IMG/VR virus record: IMGVR_UViG_3300045988_183796
Length of the DNA: 64,000 nt
Source of the DNA: a virus
Direction: 5' to 3' (one strand)
Every line of letters begins with the position of its first letter. Position 1 is the stretch's first letter. The notes under the pieces are model-generated. The model was not told the DNA's origin. It saw nothing but the letters and a program-made list of their open reading frames with translations, and searched no databases. Shown here one piece after another: positions 47,252-56,696 of the stretch. Both the position numbers and the translations under genes were made by a program.

Positions 47252-47704
47252 ATGATTCGAGTTAAGAAAGAGAACCACCGTAGTTGGTTCATGAGCAACT
47301 ATTATCCTTGCGAATTTGTGATGAATGGGATTCGCTACAAGAACGCTGAAGCAGCGTTTCAGAGTCACAAGGTCCCACTGGAAGAGCGCAGACAGTTTGC
47401 GGACATGCCACCGGCTTCTGCCAAGCGCTTTGGCCGCAATGTAGCTATCCCCGCAAACTGGGGTGAGGCTCGGGACGACGTGATGCGCCGCGTGGTGATG
47501 GCCAAGTTCGAGCAGAATGAGGACCTCAAACAGCGCCTCCTCGAAACGGGTACGCAGCCTATTGAGGAAGACACGACCAGCTGGCATGACAATTACTGGG
47601 GCAACTGCCACTGCCCGAAATGCCAGAACATCCCAGGTCAAAACCGGCTTGGGATTATTCTGATGGAAACGAGGGACAAGCTAAAAAAACAAACGAGTAA
47701 ATAA
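47252..47704 (+). CDS. NADAR (YbiA/DUF1768) family ADP-ribosyl N-glycosidase
   Basis: SNYYPCEF, YKNAEAAFQSHK, WHDNYWGNC and GQNRLGIILMETR match NADAR signatures. Confidence 0.75.
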   Translation: MIRVKKENHRSWFMSNYYPCEFVMNGIRYKNAEAAFQSHKVPLEERRQFADMPPASAKRFGRNVAIPANWGEARDDVMRRVVMAKFEQNEDLKQRLLETGTQPIEEDTTSWHDNYWGNCHCPKCQNIPGQNRLGIILMETRDKLKKQTSK

Positions 47705-47735
47705 TATTTGCGAGTCATTTCCTTTTTTAAGACAA

Positions 47736-47776
47736 AAGGCTGCCGCCCATCACGGGTAGCAGCCTTCTTTTTTTGT
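47736..47776. terminator. Bidirectional intrinsic terminator
   Basis: aaggctgccgcccatcacgggtagcagcctt with flanking A- and T-runs. Confidence 0.7.
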
Positions 47777-48229
47777 TTAGTGGGTGTCGTGGCACACATG
47801 CTCGAAATCGACGAGCAGCTCATTTGCTGCCTTTTGCACACATGCTATGGCCGGTTCATCCTTGACTTTTTCAGGTAAAAGGATAAGGCACGGACGGTTA
47901 ATATCAGTTGAGCTGCTATAGTGGCAGGAGAGCAACTCTTCTCCAAATTCGTGATTAAGGGCGGAGGCAAGACATTTACCGAGCAAAGCACAATCCTCAT
48001 CTTTCGCCAAAAGCCTATCCGCCTCATCGTAGTTAATGCGGCCGTTATCGAGACATATACGGTCAAGAAATGCACGAACAGAAGCAGATGCGCTCATGGC
48101 ATCTATAGTCTGACGATGATTCTCAAGAAAAATGCAAAATATCGGCTTTTCGATTTCATCCAAGTAAAAGCCAAGGCCGGTAATACGGGTATTGGTATCG
48201 GTTTGTGTCATAGGAAACACCTCATCCAT
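47777..48229 (-). CDS. Hypothetical protein
   Basis: Coding-like. No motif I recognise. Confidence 0.45.
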   Translation of the reverse strand: MDEVFPMTQTDTNTRITGLGFYLDEIEKPIFCIFLENHRQTIDAMSASASVRAFLDRICLDNGRINYDEADRLLAKDEDCALLGKCLASALNHEFGEELLSCHYSSSTDINRPCLILLPEKVKDEPAIACVQKAANELLVDFEHVCHDTH

Positions 48230-48265
48230 TATGGCAGCGAATCACCTTGCCGCATTCAGAACAAC

Positions 48266-50152
48266 TCACTGAACAACTTCGCCAAGGTCATTTGCGTATT
48301 TCGGGTCACACATCATGAAATAGTTGACGGGGCCGTACTCCAGACCGAGCTCCTGCGCGTATGCCTTGATGACTTCCAGAACGTCCTCTTTCTTGAGATT
48401 ATACTTGGAATGCAGACGGGCAAACTCTTTGTCAGAGACAGAAACGCAAGAGCAATTTTCTGCATCGGTTTCTTTGCTGCCCAGCATCCCGTCAAAGATG
48501 TCCTGCCCTGCACAGAGAATCGTCTCATTGTTCATCGCATAGGCGATAACGGAAGCCTTACAGTCAAAGTCGCTGTTTTCCACAAGGAAATCCTCAGGGC
48601 GGCCGTGACGTTCAACAACGTTTTCATAGATGTCCCGGAGTTCGATAGGAGCAGAAGGAGCGGTCAGAGCTGCTTTATGAAGGCGCATGAATTCCACAAA
48701 CTTTTCATTCGAGAGGGTATCGGTATAAAAGCCGATGCCGGAAACGCGAACCTTCACTTCGCTGGCAAAGTAATCGTCAATTTTGGAGACGATTTTCTGC
48801 TGAACCCGCTTGTACGCTTCCTGAACATTGGAAGCCGTGTAAAATACCGGGAACTTCATGATGTCGATTCCCTCCGGCAGACTCGCGTCATAGGCCGCAT
48901 CAATGCCGCCTCGCAGCGCCGGAACCGCGTCATGAAGCTCTTTCACAGAAGAAATGTATCCGGTAATGTACAGCTCATCGTTTTTGCTGTAATGCCCGAT
49001 AAGTCCCACATAGAGGGTCTGCATCAGCATCCGCTTGAAGCTGAACCAACATAGACGAATGGGTAGAATGACATTAGCAGCCGTACCTTCCGCACGATAG
49101 GTGCCGGGGGCAGAGACCTTTTCCAGCAGAATCTGGTCGTTCTTGTCACCGTATTTTTCCTTGAAAAGAGCTTGAAGAATTTCAGTGGACGAAAGAGGAG
49201 TGGACATTGGAATCGTTTCATTCAGAAAAGAGAGGAATGCATCCACATTGTCTTTCTGCCATGCGTCATTAGACATGCTTGCACGCTGCATAGAGAGCTT
49301 GTCTTTCCTATCATCGGGCAGGGGCTCATACCCACAGGCGATACGAAGTTCGTTCTCCGTGACAGCATCCGTTGCACTTGCAATTTTTTTGATGGTGTTC
49401 TCGGTCGGCTGAGCTTTTGCGTTGCCATTCACGAGGCTGCTGATATACCCACGAGTCAGCCCCGCTTGAAACGCAAACTTACCCTGTGTGCGGGTTCCGA
49501 TGGCTTTTTTGACCAGCGATGCCAGCCTTTGAAAGTCGGGCTCTTTGGGAAAGGTGGCCTCCGCATCCTTATTGCTGTTCTTTTCAAGTACCGACTTGTC
49601 CCAACCGGTGACAAGAGAATACCCAATATCCTTCAAGGATTGATAGGCAACCCCGTTCTGGTCAAGAGCCGGGGAGTATGTACCGCTGTTATCTTCCAGC
49701 TGCTCTACTGCCTCACGCACCATCCTTGCTTCGTTCATCAGGATGACGTCCGGGGCTTCAAGCCGGGCAAGACTCTTGTACCGATTATTGAGGCGCTCGA
49801 CTCGTGCGGCCAATGCAGTGATGTTGGCAACTTGGTCTTCCGTTGCATGGGCAGAGATATCTGCACCAAGTTCAAAATGGTTTAGTGCAGGAATATCCAC
49901 GCCTTTGCTCTTGGCGAATTCCACAATGGCTTCCGCGCCATAGAAACGCTTCTCATGGGCTGCGACAACTTTCGTTATCGTGTCGGCCGAGTTGTCCAGC
50001 TCAAGCACTTCACCTTTTCCGGCATCCTCGACATAACACCTGGTGTTGGTGAGAAAGCCTTTCAAAAAATCAGCATCCACATCCAGCTTCTTAGCGATGC
50101 CGGGCAGCTGCTTATAGAAAATCACGCGCGTGGCGAGGTTAACAGAAATCAT
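48266..50152 (-). CDS. Large hypothetical protein with an internal XRE-like HTH
   Basis: GLTRGYISSLVNG resembles a Cro/C1 HTH. 628 aa. Confidence 0.5.
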   Translation of the reverse strand: MISVNLATRVIFYKQLPGIAKKLDVDADFLKGFLTNTRCYVEDAGKGEVLELDNSADTITKVVAAHEKRFYGAEAIVEFAKSKGVDIPALNHFELGADISAHATEDQVANITALAARVERLNNRYKSLARLEAPDVILMNEARMVREAVEQLEDNSGTYSPALDQNGVAYQSLKDIGYSLVTGWDKSVLEKNSNKDAEATFPKEPDFQRLASLVKKAIGTRTQGKFAFQAGLTRGYISSLVNGNAKAQPTENTIKKIASATDAVTENELRIACGYEPLPDDRKDKLSMQRASMSNDAWQKDNVDAFLSFLNETIPMSTPLSSTEILQALFKEKYGDKNDQILLEKVSAPGTYRAEGTAANVILPIRLCWFSFKRMLMQTLYVGLIGHYSKNDELYITGYISSVKELHDAVPALRGGIDAAYDASLPEGIDIMKFPVFYTASNVQEAYKRVQQKIVSKIDDYFASEVKVRVSGIGFYTDTLSNEKFVEFMRLHKAALTAPSAPIELRDIYENVVERHGRPEDFLVENSDFDCKASVIAYAMNNETILCAGQDIFDGMLGSKETDAENCSCVSVSDKEFARLHSKYNLKKEDVLEVIKAYAQELGLEYGPVNYFMMCDPKYANDLGEVVQ

Positions 50153-50389
50153 GGTGTACTCCTTTCAAATATGTCATTAGCTGTACAATGCTGTCATCTT
50201 CTGTAATTATAATAGCACATCCCGCACCAAAAAGCAAGCATGAATTTACAAAAAATGACAAGAAAATACACAAGATGACATATTTGGGCAAAGCAGTTGA
50301 TTTCCGAGTCTTTGCTACCCCGTGATGGAACATGCCCTGTGCGTCTTGTCTATGCCACAGTTTTGCCACGATTTTGCCATGATTTTGCC

Positions 50390-50418
50390 TTGTGCATCCG
50401 TGCGAATTGGATATGATA
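50390..50418 (+). promoter_or_regulatory. Regulon promoter preceded by three GATTTTGCC direct repeats
   Basis: TTGTGC-atccGTGCGAATtgga-TATGAT. Repeats at about 50360-50390. Confidence 0.5.
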
Positions 50419-50441
50419 GGAAATATAAGATAAATAAGTGT

Positions 50442-50523
50442 AGCCGCAGAGATTTCGATTTCTGCGGCTCATTTCTTTTGTGGTCCCCATGCGGATGAAA
50501 ATGTCTGCGTGGGGATTTTTTAT
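50442..50523 (+). terminator. Two tandem leader hairpins with T-runs between the promoter and the methyltransferase gene
   Basis: agccgcagagatttcgatttctgcggct followed by catttctttt, then tccccatgcggatgaaaatgtctgcgtgggga followed by tttttt. Confidence 0.5.
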
Positions 50524-50537
50524 TTGGAGATATAGAC

Positions 50538-51632
50538 ATGGCAAAGAATGAGAATCTGCACAAGGCAAAGGATGCCAAGAACGACGAGTTCTATACGCTG
50601 TTGAGCAGTATATCCGAAGAACTCAGACACTACAAGCAGCATTTCGCTGCAAAAATTGTATTCTGCAACTGCGATGACCCGACATGGTCTGCTTTCTGGC
50701 GGTATTTCCACCTGAACTTTGCAGAACTTGGCTTAAAGAAGCTGATTTCCACGCACTATGACCGTACAGAACCCACCTACAAGATGGAGTATGAGGGCGG
50801 AGACGACAATGATGTGGAGGTCGGTGTGAAGACCCCGCTGGAAGGCAATGGTGATTTCCGCAGTCAAGAATGCCTTAATTTGCTGGATGAGTGCGATATC
50901 GTGGTAACCAACCCGCCCTTCAGCCTTTTTAGAGAATTCGTCGGGACGTTGATGGAACACGATAAGAAGTTCATTATTTGGGGCAACAACAATGCCATTA
51001 CATACAAAGAGTTCTTTCCACTTTTGAAAGAAAACAAGGTGTGGCTTGGTTATACAGCGAATAAGACGTGTACATTTAGAGTTGCCGAAGGCTATCGCTT
51101 CGACGAAAAACTTACTGCACAATTCAATGACGGGCACAAGTATGGGAAAGTGCCCGCCATTTCTATTTTTACCAACCTCGACATCCAGAAGCGCCACGAA
51201 AAGCTGATTCTTTGGCAGAGATACTATGACGATAACGGGAATCCGTTGCCGGATGCGGAGGAGAGATACCCCCACTACGATAATTACGATGCCATCAATG
51301 TAGACAGGGTTGCTGATATTCCGGTGGATTATCGAGACGTAATGGGTGTGCCGATTACGTTCTTGGATAAGTATAATCCGAAAGAATTTGAAATTTTAGG
51401 CTACACGGGCGGTTTGGGGTGGAATAACCAAAACAATATAAAAACCACCAAAGAGTATTTGGAATGCAAACAGCACAACCCAGACGGGAGTATTACAAGT
51501 GGGGGCAAGGTAAATACTGGCGCGGCATTGTGCTTTAGTGAAATTCCTGCACAAAGATACTATTCGGCATCAAATTGCGACGGATATCTACTCAGAACAT
51601 ACGGACGAATTCTTATTTGCAAGACGAAATGA
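50538..51632 (+). CDS. N6-adenine DNA methyltransferase (orphan; NPPF motif IV)
   Basis: VVTNPPFSLF catalytic motif. N-terminal DEFYT element, as in EcoRI-methylase-like phage/plasmid methyltransferases. Confidence 0.75.
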   Translation: MAKNENLHKAKDAKNDEFYTLLSSISEELRHYKQHFAAKIVFCNCDDPTWSAFWRYFHLNFAELGLKKLISTHYDRTEPTYKMEYEGGDDNDVEVGVKTPLEGNGDFRSQECLNLLDECDIVVTNPPFSLFREFVGTLMEHDKKFIIWGNNNAITYKEFFPLLKENKVWLGYTANKTCTFRVAEGYRFDEKLTAQFNDGHKYGKVPAISIFTNLDIQKRHEKLILWQRYYDDNGNPLPDAEERYPHYDNYDAINVDRVADIPVDYRDVMGVPITFLDKYNPKEFEILGYTGGLGWNNQNNIKTTKEYLECKQHNPDGSITSGGKVNTGAALCFSEIPAQRYYSASNCDGYLLRTYGRILICKTK

Positions 51633-51646
51633 ATGGTGGAATTGGA

Positions 51647-52456
51647 ATGGATATAAAATGGGAAATCGCCTATTATTTAATTGAAGCGAAAAAAGCTGTC
51701 GATTCTTTATGGTATATATCAAACCATGTCGGCGAATTATATGATGTCAGGCAATTATGCAACGATAGACGAAGTCAGTATTACATTAACACCTGTGCCG
51801 TCTTGGATAAAACTGTGTGTAATGGTAAAGGAAAGAAAAAGGAATTAACGCAAAGCGACAATGTTATTGCACACATCTATTACGAAAGAGATAAGCACTA
51901 TGCTCACAAAGATAGTGATTATAGACAAAACTATCCGTGGACAAATTTGGAGCAAGAAGCGTTTGCATTACAAGAGGAATTGCGCCACATTTCAAAAAAA
52001 TGTAAGGATTATCTTCCACAAGTGCTTACACTCGACTTTGTATGTTATGACAGCGTCCAATATCGATATATCAATAAAATTGGCAAAAGTGATGAAGAAA
52101 AAATAAAGAATGAAAAGTATCCTTTTTACAATAAGCCGTTTATAGTAAATGGAAAGACAATTAAAAAGAAACCTATATACGATATTGAAACCATAAAAAG
52201 CATCCCTACTGATAAGCATAATGAATATTGCGTTATTATAGAAAGTGGCTTGACATTTGAAGAAGATTTGCAAAATAGGCAAGATGCCTTAATTAAATTA
52301 AACGTCCTATGTGGTGGAAGTCTTTGGTATGCAAGAAACGAAACCATGTGGAATGAATGTCTCAGGTTACGAGAATTGGGAATATTTGATGCTTTTGGGA
52401 AAATAAATCGTGAAAGAATTAAAGAGGAGATAAAGAAAGGAAATAAAATCCTATGA
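51647..52456 (+). CDS. Hypothetical protein encoded on an AT-rich insert
   Basis: GC drops visibly (about 32-35%) between about 51650 and 52450. Start is 51629 or 51647. Confidence 0.45.
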   Translation: MDIKWEIAYYLIEAKKAVDSLWYISNHVGELYDVRQLCNDRRSQYYINTCAVLDKTVCNGKGKKKELTQSDNVIAHIYYERDKHYAHKDSDYRQNYPWTNLEQEAFALQEELRHISKKCKDYLPQVLTLDFVCYDSVQYRYINKIGKSDEEKIKNEKYPFYNKPFIVNGKTIKKKPIYDIETIKSIPTDKHNEYCVIIESGLTFEEDLQNRQDALIKLNVLCGGSLWYARNETMWNECLRLRELGIFDAFGKINRERIKEEIKKGNKIL

Positions 52457-53589
52457 AAATTACAGAAACGAAAATCAAGGTATTCGACCTTGTCGAGAAT
52501 TACAAGGACAACGGTGATGGCGGTGTCTTTGGCTACAATGACCGTCTTACGATTCGCCCGTCCTTCCAGCGTGAATTTATATATGGGGAGAAGCAGCGTA
52601 CCGCTGTTATTGATTCCGTAATGAACGGATTCCCTTTGAACGTTATGTACTGGTCCAAGACAGGAGATGACACCTACGAGGTTCTTGATGGACAACAACG
52701 TACTATCTCTATTGCTCAGTACATCAACAAGGATTTTCCTGTCAAAGTCAACGGCAATGATAAGTTCTTCCAGAACCTGACCAACGAAGAAAAGCAGGCA
52801 ATTCTGGACTACGAGCTGACGGTTTATGTCTGCGAAGGCACCGAGGCTGAGAAGCTTGAATGGTTTAAGCGCATCAATATCGCTGGTGAGGTTTTGACTC
52901 CGCAGGAACTTCTGAACGCTACATACACAGGACCGTGGCTGGCCGATGCAAAGAACTACTTCTCAAAGCGCAACTGCGTGGCTGTTAAGATGGCAGATGG
53001 CTATTTGAAAGGCAACCCGATTCGACAGGAACTGCTGGAAAAGGCACTGATTTGGATTGCGGACCGGGATGGTCTGGAATCCGGGCAGATGTACATGGCG
53101 ATTCACCAGCATGACGAGGACGCCAATGACCTCTGGCTTTACTTCCAGTCGGTAATCAACTGGGCCAAAATGCTGTTCCCGTCTAAGCGGAAGGGGATTA
53201 CGGATGCACAGGCATGGGGACTGCTCTACAACAAGTACCATTCGAAGCAGTACAACAGCAACGCTCTGGAAGCAGACATCAAGAAGCTCGTGATGGACGA
53301 TGATGTGACGAAGAAAGCAGGCATCGTTCCGTACATCCTGTCTGACCGTACATGGCGTGACGAAAAGCATCTGTCTCTGCGTGCGTTTACTGAGTCTCAG
53401 AAGCTCCGTGCCTATGAGCGGCAGGGACATAAGTGTCCGCTGTGCGTTGCGAACGGTATCAACACCGAGTATGCCTATGAGGATATGGAAGGTGACCACA
53501 TCATTCCTTGGAGCAAGGGTGGGCATACCACGGATGACAATTTGCAGATGCTGTGCAAGAAGTGTAATTCGGCAAAGTCGGATATGTGA
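52453..53589 (+). CDS. DUF262 (ParB/Srx-like, DGQQR) plus C-terminal HNH endonuclease: type IV restriction / defence-like nuclease
   Basis: VLDGQQRT motif. C-terminal HKCPLC...GDHIIPWSKGG...NLQMLCKKCN HNH motif. Confidence 0.75.
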   Translation: MKITETKIKVFDLVENYKDNGDGGVFGYNDRLTIRPSFQREFIYGEKQRTAVIDSVMNGFPLNVMYWSKTGDDTYEVLDGQQRTISIAQYINKDFPVKVNGNDKFFQNLTNEEKQAILDYELTVYVCEGTEAEKLEWFKRINIAGEVLTPQELLNATYTGPWLADAKNYFSKRNCVAVKMADGYLKGNPIRQELLEKALIWIADRDGLESGQMYMAIHQHDEDANDLWLYFQSVINWAKMLFPSKRKGITDAQAWGLLYNKYHSKQYNSNALEADIKKLVMDDDVTKKAGIVPYILSDRTWRDEKHLSLRAFTESQKLRAYERQGHKCPLCVANGINTEYAYEDMEGDHIIPWSKGGHTTDDNLQMLCKKCNSAKSDM

Positions 53590-53604
53590 TGGTGGGAGCA
53601 TATC

Positions 53605-54063
53605 ATGAAAAAATATTGCTATTTCATGTTCGGTATGTTCACCGGCACAGACGGAAACAAATACAACATCTGCATCCCGTCGCCGTTTGTCCGAGACTCA
53701 AAAGCTGAAGCTATGAAGGATGAAAATTTTGCTTACCGCTTTTTGACAATCGACTCGGCCGGACCTATGCTGGTCGCTTTTGCAAACGAGCACTTCAAAC
53801 CCATGAACAACGGCAAAATGCAGTTGAAATGCTGGGTGGATAAGGATGTTGCCGGGAACTATACCTTTGAAGAATTCAAGAAAAATGGCGGGTATATTCG
53901 ACAACTGAAGCCGAGTAGCAAGGGAAAATATGTAACTGATGAGTCGGACTTTATTGATGCTGATAAGGCATTTGCCGATGTATTCCCCAATGTGGAGCAA
54001 GGGAAGCTCTACTATGTGGATGATGAGGCTTATTTCATCGGGAATGTGACGAAAATCAAATAA
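53605..54063 (+). CDS. Hypothetical protein
   Basis: RBS GGTGGGAGCATATC. Confidence 0.5.
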   Translation: MKKYCYFMFGMFTGTDGNKYNICIPSPFVRDSKAEAMKDENFAYRFLTIDSAGPMLVAFANEHFKPMNNGKMQLKCWVDKDVAGNYTFEEFKKNGGYIRQLKPSSKGKYVTDESDFIDADKAFADVFPNVEQGKLYYVDDEAYFIGNVTKIK

Positions 54064-54085
54064 TATAAAGCTGGAGGGACCCTTT

Positions 54086-54442
54086 ATGGTAGTTAAAGGA
54101 GAAGCTTGTTTTGTTTCTATGCAGTTGAGCATGAAATCTACTGACACCACGAGCAAAGGAATTATCATGCCAGATTTTCTTTGCTCTAGTGCAGATTTTT
54201 CGCTTCCTTACAATCCAGAGATTATCGACAAATTTGTCTATGACGACAAAATGATTTCTCACATGGTCCACGAATTGTACAGTCTCGTGAAGTGCCTACG
54301 CCCTGATAAATTGGATGACAAAGAAAAATGCCTGGTACTGGATATTGACGTGGATGATGAATTCTATGATTTCTACGATGTATATGTAACTATGAGCAAA
54401 GATACTTGTACCTACAGGGTCGAAGAAGATGATGACTACTGA
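54086..54442 (+). CDS. Acidic small protein, family A paralog 1
   Basis: VHELYSLVKCLRPDKLDDKEKCLVLDIDVDD aligns with paralogs at 54707 and 56697. Start is 54086 or 54122. Confidence 0.5.
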   Translation: MVVKGEACFVSMQLSMKSTDTTSKGIIMPDFLCSSADFSLPYNPEIIDKFVYDDKMISHMVHELYSLVKCLRPDKLDDKEKCLVLDIDVDDEFYDFYDVYVTMSKDTCTYRVEEDDDY

Positions 54443-54630
54443 TATACTGTGCTCTCTCATCGAACGATGTAACGTTCTGAACAGCGCTCATGGCGCTGCT
54501 TGGGCTGACAGGCACCGGAGCTTATCACTAAAACCTTGAAAAAAGAAGTGGAACGCAACAATATAGAAAATTATTAAAAAATATTTTTTTGAGAAATCCG
54601 ACCTAGCCGGATTCCACGCTACTGGACCGA

Positions 54631-54658
54631 TTGACCGTCCTTGCGAACTGCGTAGAAT
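54631..54658 (+). promoter_or_regulatory. Regulon promoter (variant TGCGAAC)
   Basis: TTGACC-gtccTTGCGAACtgcg-TAGAAT. Confidence 0.5.
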
Positions 54659-54706
54659 TAAAGGTGTAAGAAGAAACCCGTAACACACACAAAGGGGAAT
54701 ACCAAC

Positions 54707-55027
54707 ATGTATACTTGCACCTTAAAATTCGAAGCTACCGCGTTCCGCGAGGATGATGACAACGAGCTCGAAAGCATCTCTGCTTCCATCAGCGTCCCCG
54801 TAAAAGGTGATGATGAAACGGTTGAAGAAACGCTGAGTAATGAGAAGCTGATTGTCCGCACTGTTGTAGCGTTGTACGAAATCGTTAGCTACCTGCGCCC
54901 CAACTGGCTGGACAACGAGGCTACCAGCCTGACGCTGGATATTTCCATCGATGGCAGTGAAGTTCAGTCGCGTGGCGGCCTTGTTACCATGAAACCGGAA
55001 GGCTTTATCTTTAACCTGGATGATTAA
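54707..55027 (+). CDS. Acidic small protein, family A paralog 2
   Basis: RBS AAAGGGGAATACCAAC. About 40% identity to 56697-57017. Confidence 0.55.
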   Translation: MYTCTLKFEATAFREDDDNELESISASISVPVKGDDETVEETLSNEKLIVRTVVALYEIVSYLRPNWLDNEATSLTLDISIDGSEVQSRGGLVTMKPEGFIFNLDD

Positions 55028-55040
55028 GTAAAGTTGATTG

Positions 55041-55078
55041 GGAGTCTTACCTGCAAAAGCGGGCAAGACTCCTTTTTT
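55041..55078 (+). terminator. Intrinsic terminator
   Basis: ggagtcttacctgcaaaagcgggcaagactcc followed by a T-run. Confidence 0.65.
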
Positions 55079-55094
55079 ATAAGCAGGTGAACAT

Positions 55095-55982
55095 ATGAAC
55101 ATTGCGTTTTATGACGGTATACTTTTGCAAGTGAACTTGCATAACAGCAAAGCCACCGTTCTTTCGAAACACAAAATTGGAACCGACACCATAGATTTCT
55201 ACAACTACTTCACAAAACACCGCCCGTCTCCTGAAGAGCCGCTTTTGGAGTTGTCGAACTTTCCGGCAAATGAAGCCATCAAAATCATTTCCGGGCAGCC
55301 CCTTGTCAATCAATTCTTTTCGGATTACATCGATACTAGCCAGGAAAACAATCAGGCCACTGCAAAAGAAGCTTTGGCCTATACTCACAATCTTGTCCAG
55401 AATGTTTTTTCTGATATAGATGCTGCTTTGGCGATGCATTCTGGTGTTAATGCTAAGGGATTCGAAGGTAACCAGATGCTTTTCGGAGCTGACCAGTTCA
55501 CGATGGTCTTTGCTCTGTTGGGCAATCGAATTGTTCAGGTCTACACGGTAAAAGACCTGCGTGAATATCTCCTGCTTGATTTATACTACGCCAATTTTGT
55601 GCCGGATTTCTCAAAAAAGATTGCTATTTGCCCTTGCTGCGGAAAGACTTTCCGTTTGAGTCAGCGGAACAAGGTATACTGCAGCAAGGCTTGCAAAGAT
55701 AAAAGCATTCGGGCAAACAACAAGAAAGACCCATACTATTCAAAATACCGATACCTGCAGCAATACAACAACCGGCAACTCAACAAGCAGCGCAGGCGTA
55801 TGGCAGATTCATCGCTACAAGCGCAGAAGCTGCGAGATGCCTATACCACCTGGAACAAATGGGCACGCTCTGAATACAAGCAGGTGAGTGGCATCTCAGA
55901 CCACACGCAGCGGGTGAATGTTGAAGAGTTCGATGGGCGCTTGAAAGAGCGGTGGAAGGCTCTAACATGGGACCTGAATTAA
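55095..55982 (+). CDS. Hypothetical protein with a C-terminal zinc ribbon and a basic tail
   Basis: CPCCGKTF...YCSKACKDK motif. RBS AAGCAGGTGAAC. Confidence 0.55.
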   Translation: MNIAFYDGILLQVNLHNSKATVLSKHKIGTDTIDFYNYFTKHRPSPEEPLLELSNFPANEAIKIISGQPLVNQFFSDYIDTSQENNQATAKEALAYTHNLVQNVFSDIDAALAMHSGVNAKGFEGNQMLFGADQFTMVFALLGNRIVQVYTVKDLREYLLLDLYYANFVPDFSKKIAICPCCGKTFRLSQRNKVYCSKACKDKSIRANNKKDPYYSKYRYLQQYNNRQLNKQRRRMADSSLQAQKLRDAYTTWNKWARSEYKQVSGISDHTQRVNVEEFDGRLKERWKALTWDLN

Positions 55983-56003
55983 AGTGCTCAGCATGAAGAA
56001 CGA

Positions 56004-56040
56004 CCTACCTGCCATAAACAGGTGGGGCTTTTTCTTTTTG
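56004..56040 (+). terminator. Intrinsic terminator
   Basis: acctgccataaacaggtgggg followed by cttttt. Confidence 0.55.
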
Positions 56041-56105
56041 TGTTGACAGCAGGCTAAAGAGGAGAAAACCGCCCCAATGGAATGCTCATTCCAGAACGTC
56101 AGAAA

Positions 56106-56133
56106 TTGACTCATTATGCGATTTGCCTAGAAT
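56106..56133 (+). promoter_or_regulatory. Regulon promoter (variant ATGCGATT)
   Basis: TTGACT-cattATGCGATTtgcc-TAGAAT. Confidence 0.45.
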
Positions 56134-56158
56134 GAAAAGAAATGAGGCAGAAAGTGAG

Positions 56159-56368
56159 ATGCGTAATATGTTTGCAATGTGCCGAGACGGTTCAGCCGTT
56201 CATGTCTTCGGAAATACCATCAGCGTCAGTGGCCGGGGCATGAGCGAAACCTACGTCCTCTGCGGGAACATGCTGACCGGTCCGCACGGGTTCCGGTCGA
56301 TGAACTGCAGAAGTATCGATGAGGCATTTTGCCTGGTGTGCGGCGTACATGGCGGTAAGAGCTGGTGA
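56159..56368 (+). CDS. Small protein, family B paralog 4
   Basis: ...YVLCGNMLTGPHGFRSMNCRSIDEAFCLVCGVHGG matches family B. Start is uncertain (56159, 56168 or 56177). Confidence 0.4.
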   Translation: MRNMFAMCRDGSAVHVFGNTISVSGRGMSETYVLCGNMLTGPHGFRSMNCRSIDEAFCLVCGVHGGKSW

Positions 56369-56384
56369 AGCAAAATTCTTGATT

Positions 56385-56460
56385 TGTGTTGTTTTCGGCC
56401 CCTCTAAAGGTCTTGACTTGTGAGGCTTTTGACCTTCCAAAAGTCTTGATTTGTGTTGAA
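56385..56460. repeat. Three direct repeats (G)TCTTGAYTTGTG upstream of a promoter
   Basis: ttcttgatttgtgtt, ggtcttgacttgtgagg and agtcttgatttgtgttg. Confidence 0.5.
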
Positions 56461-56482
56461 CGCCAAGGCAAATACAAGAAGT

Positions 56483-56510
56483 TTGACACCTTATGCGACT
56501 TGCATACAAT
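56483..56510 (+). promoter_or_regulatory. Regulon promoter with a consensus -35
   Basis: TTGACA-ccttATGCGACTtgca-TACAAT. Confidence 0.55.
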
Positions 56511-56696
56511 AATACTTATGCAGTACACCAGAGCAAACAAACGGATATATACGCTTGCACAGTATAGCAAGTACGGCAAAATAAAAGCTCGAAACAGATT
56601 GAAAAGTATAAGACCGTATAATAGAGTCAAGCAGGTTGAAAGGTAAAAGATGGTTTCTAGGACTGCATAAATATAATCTAAAAGGAGATATTCCCA

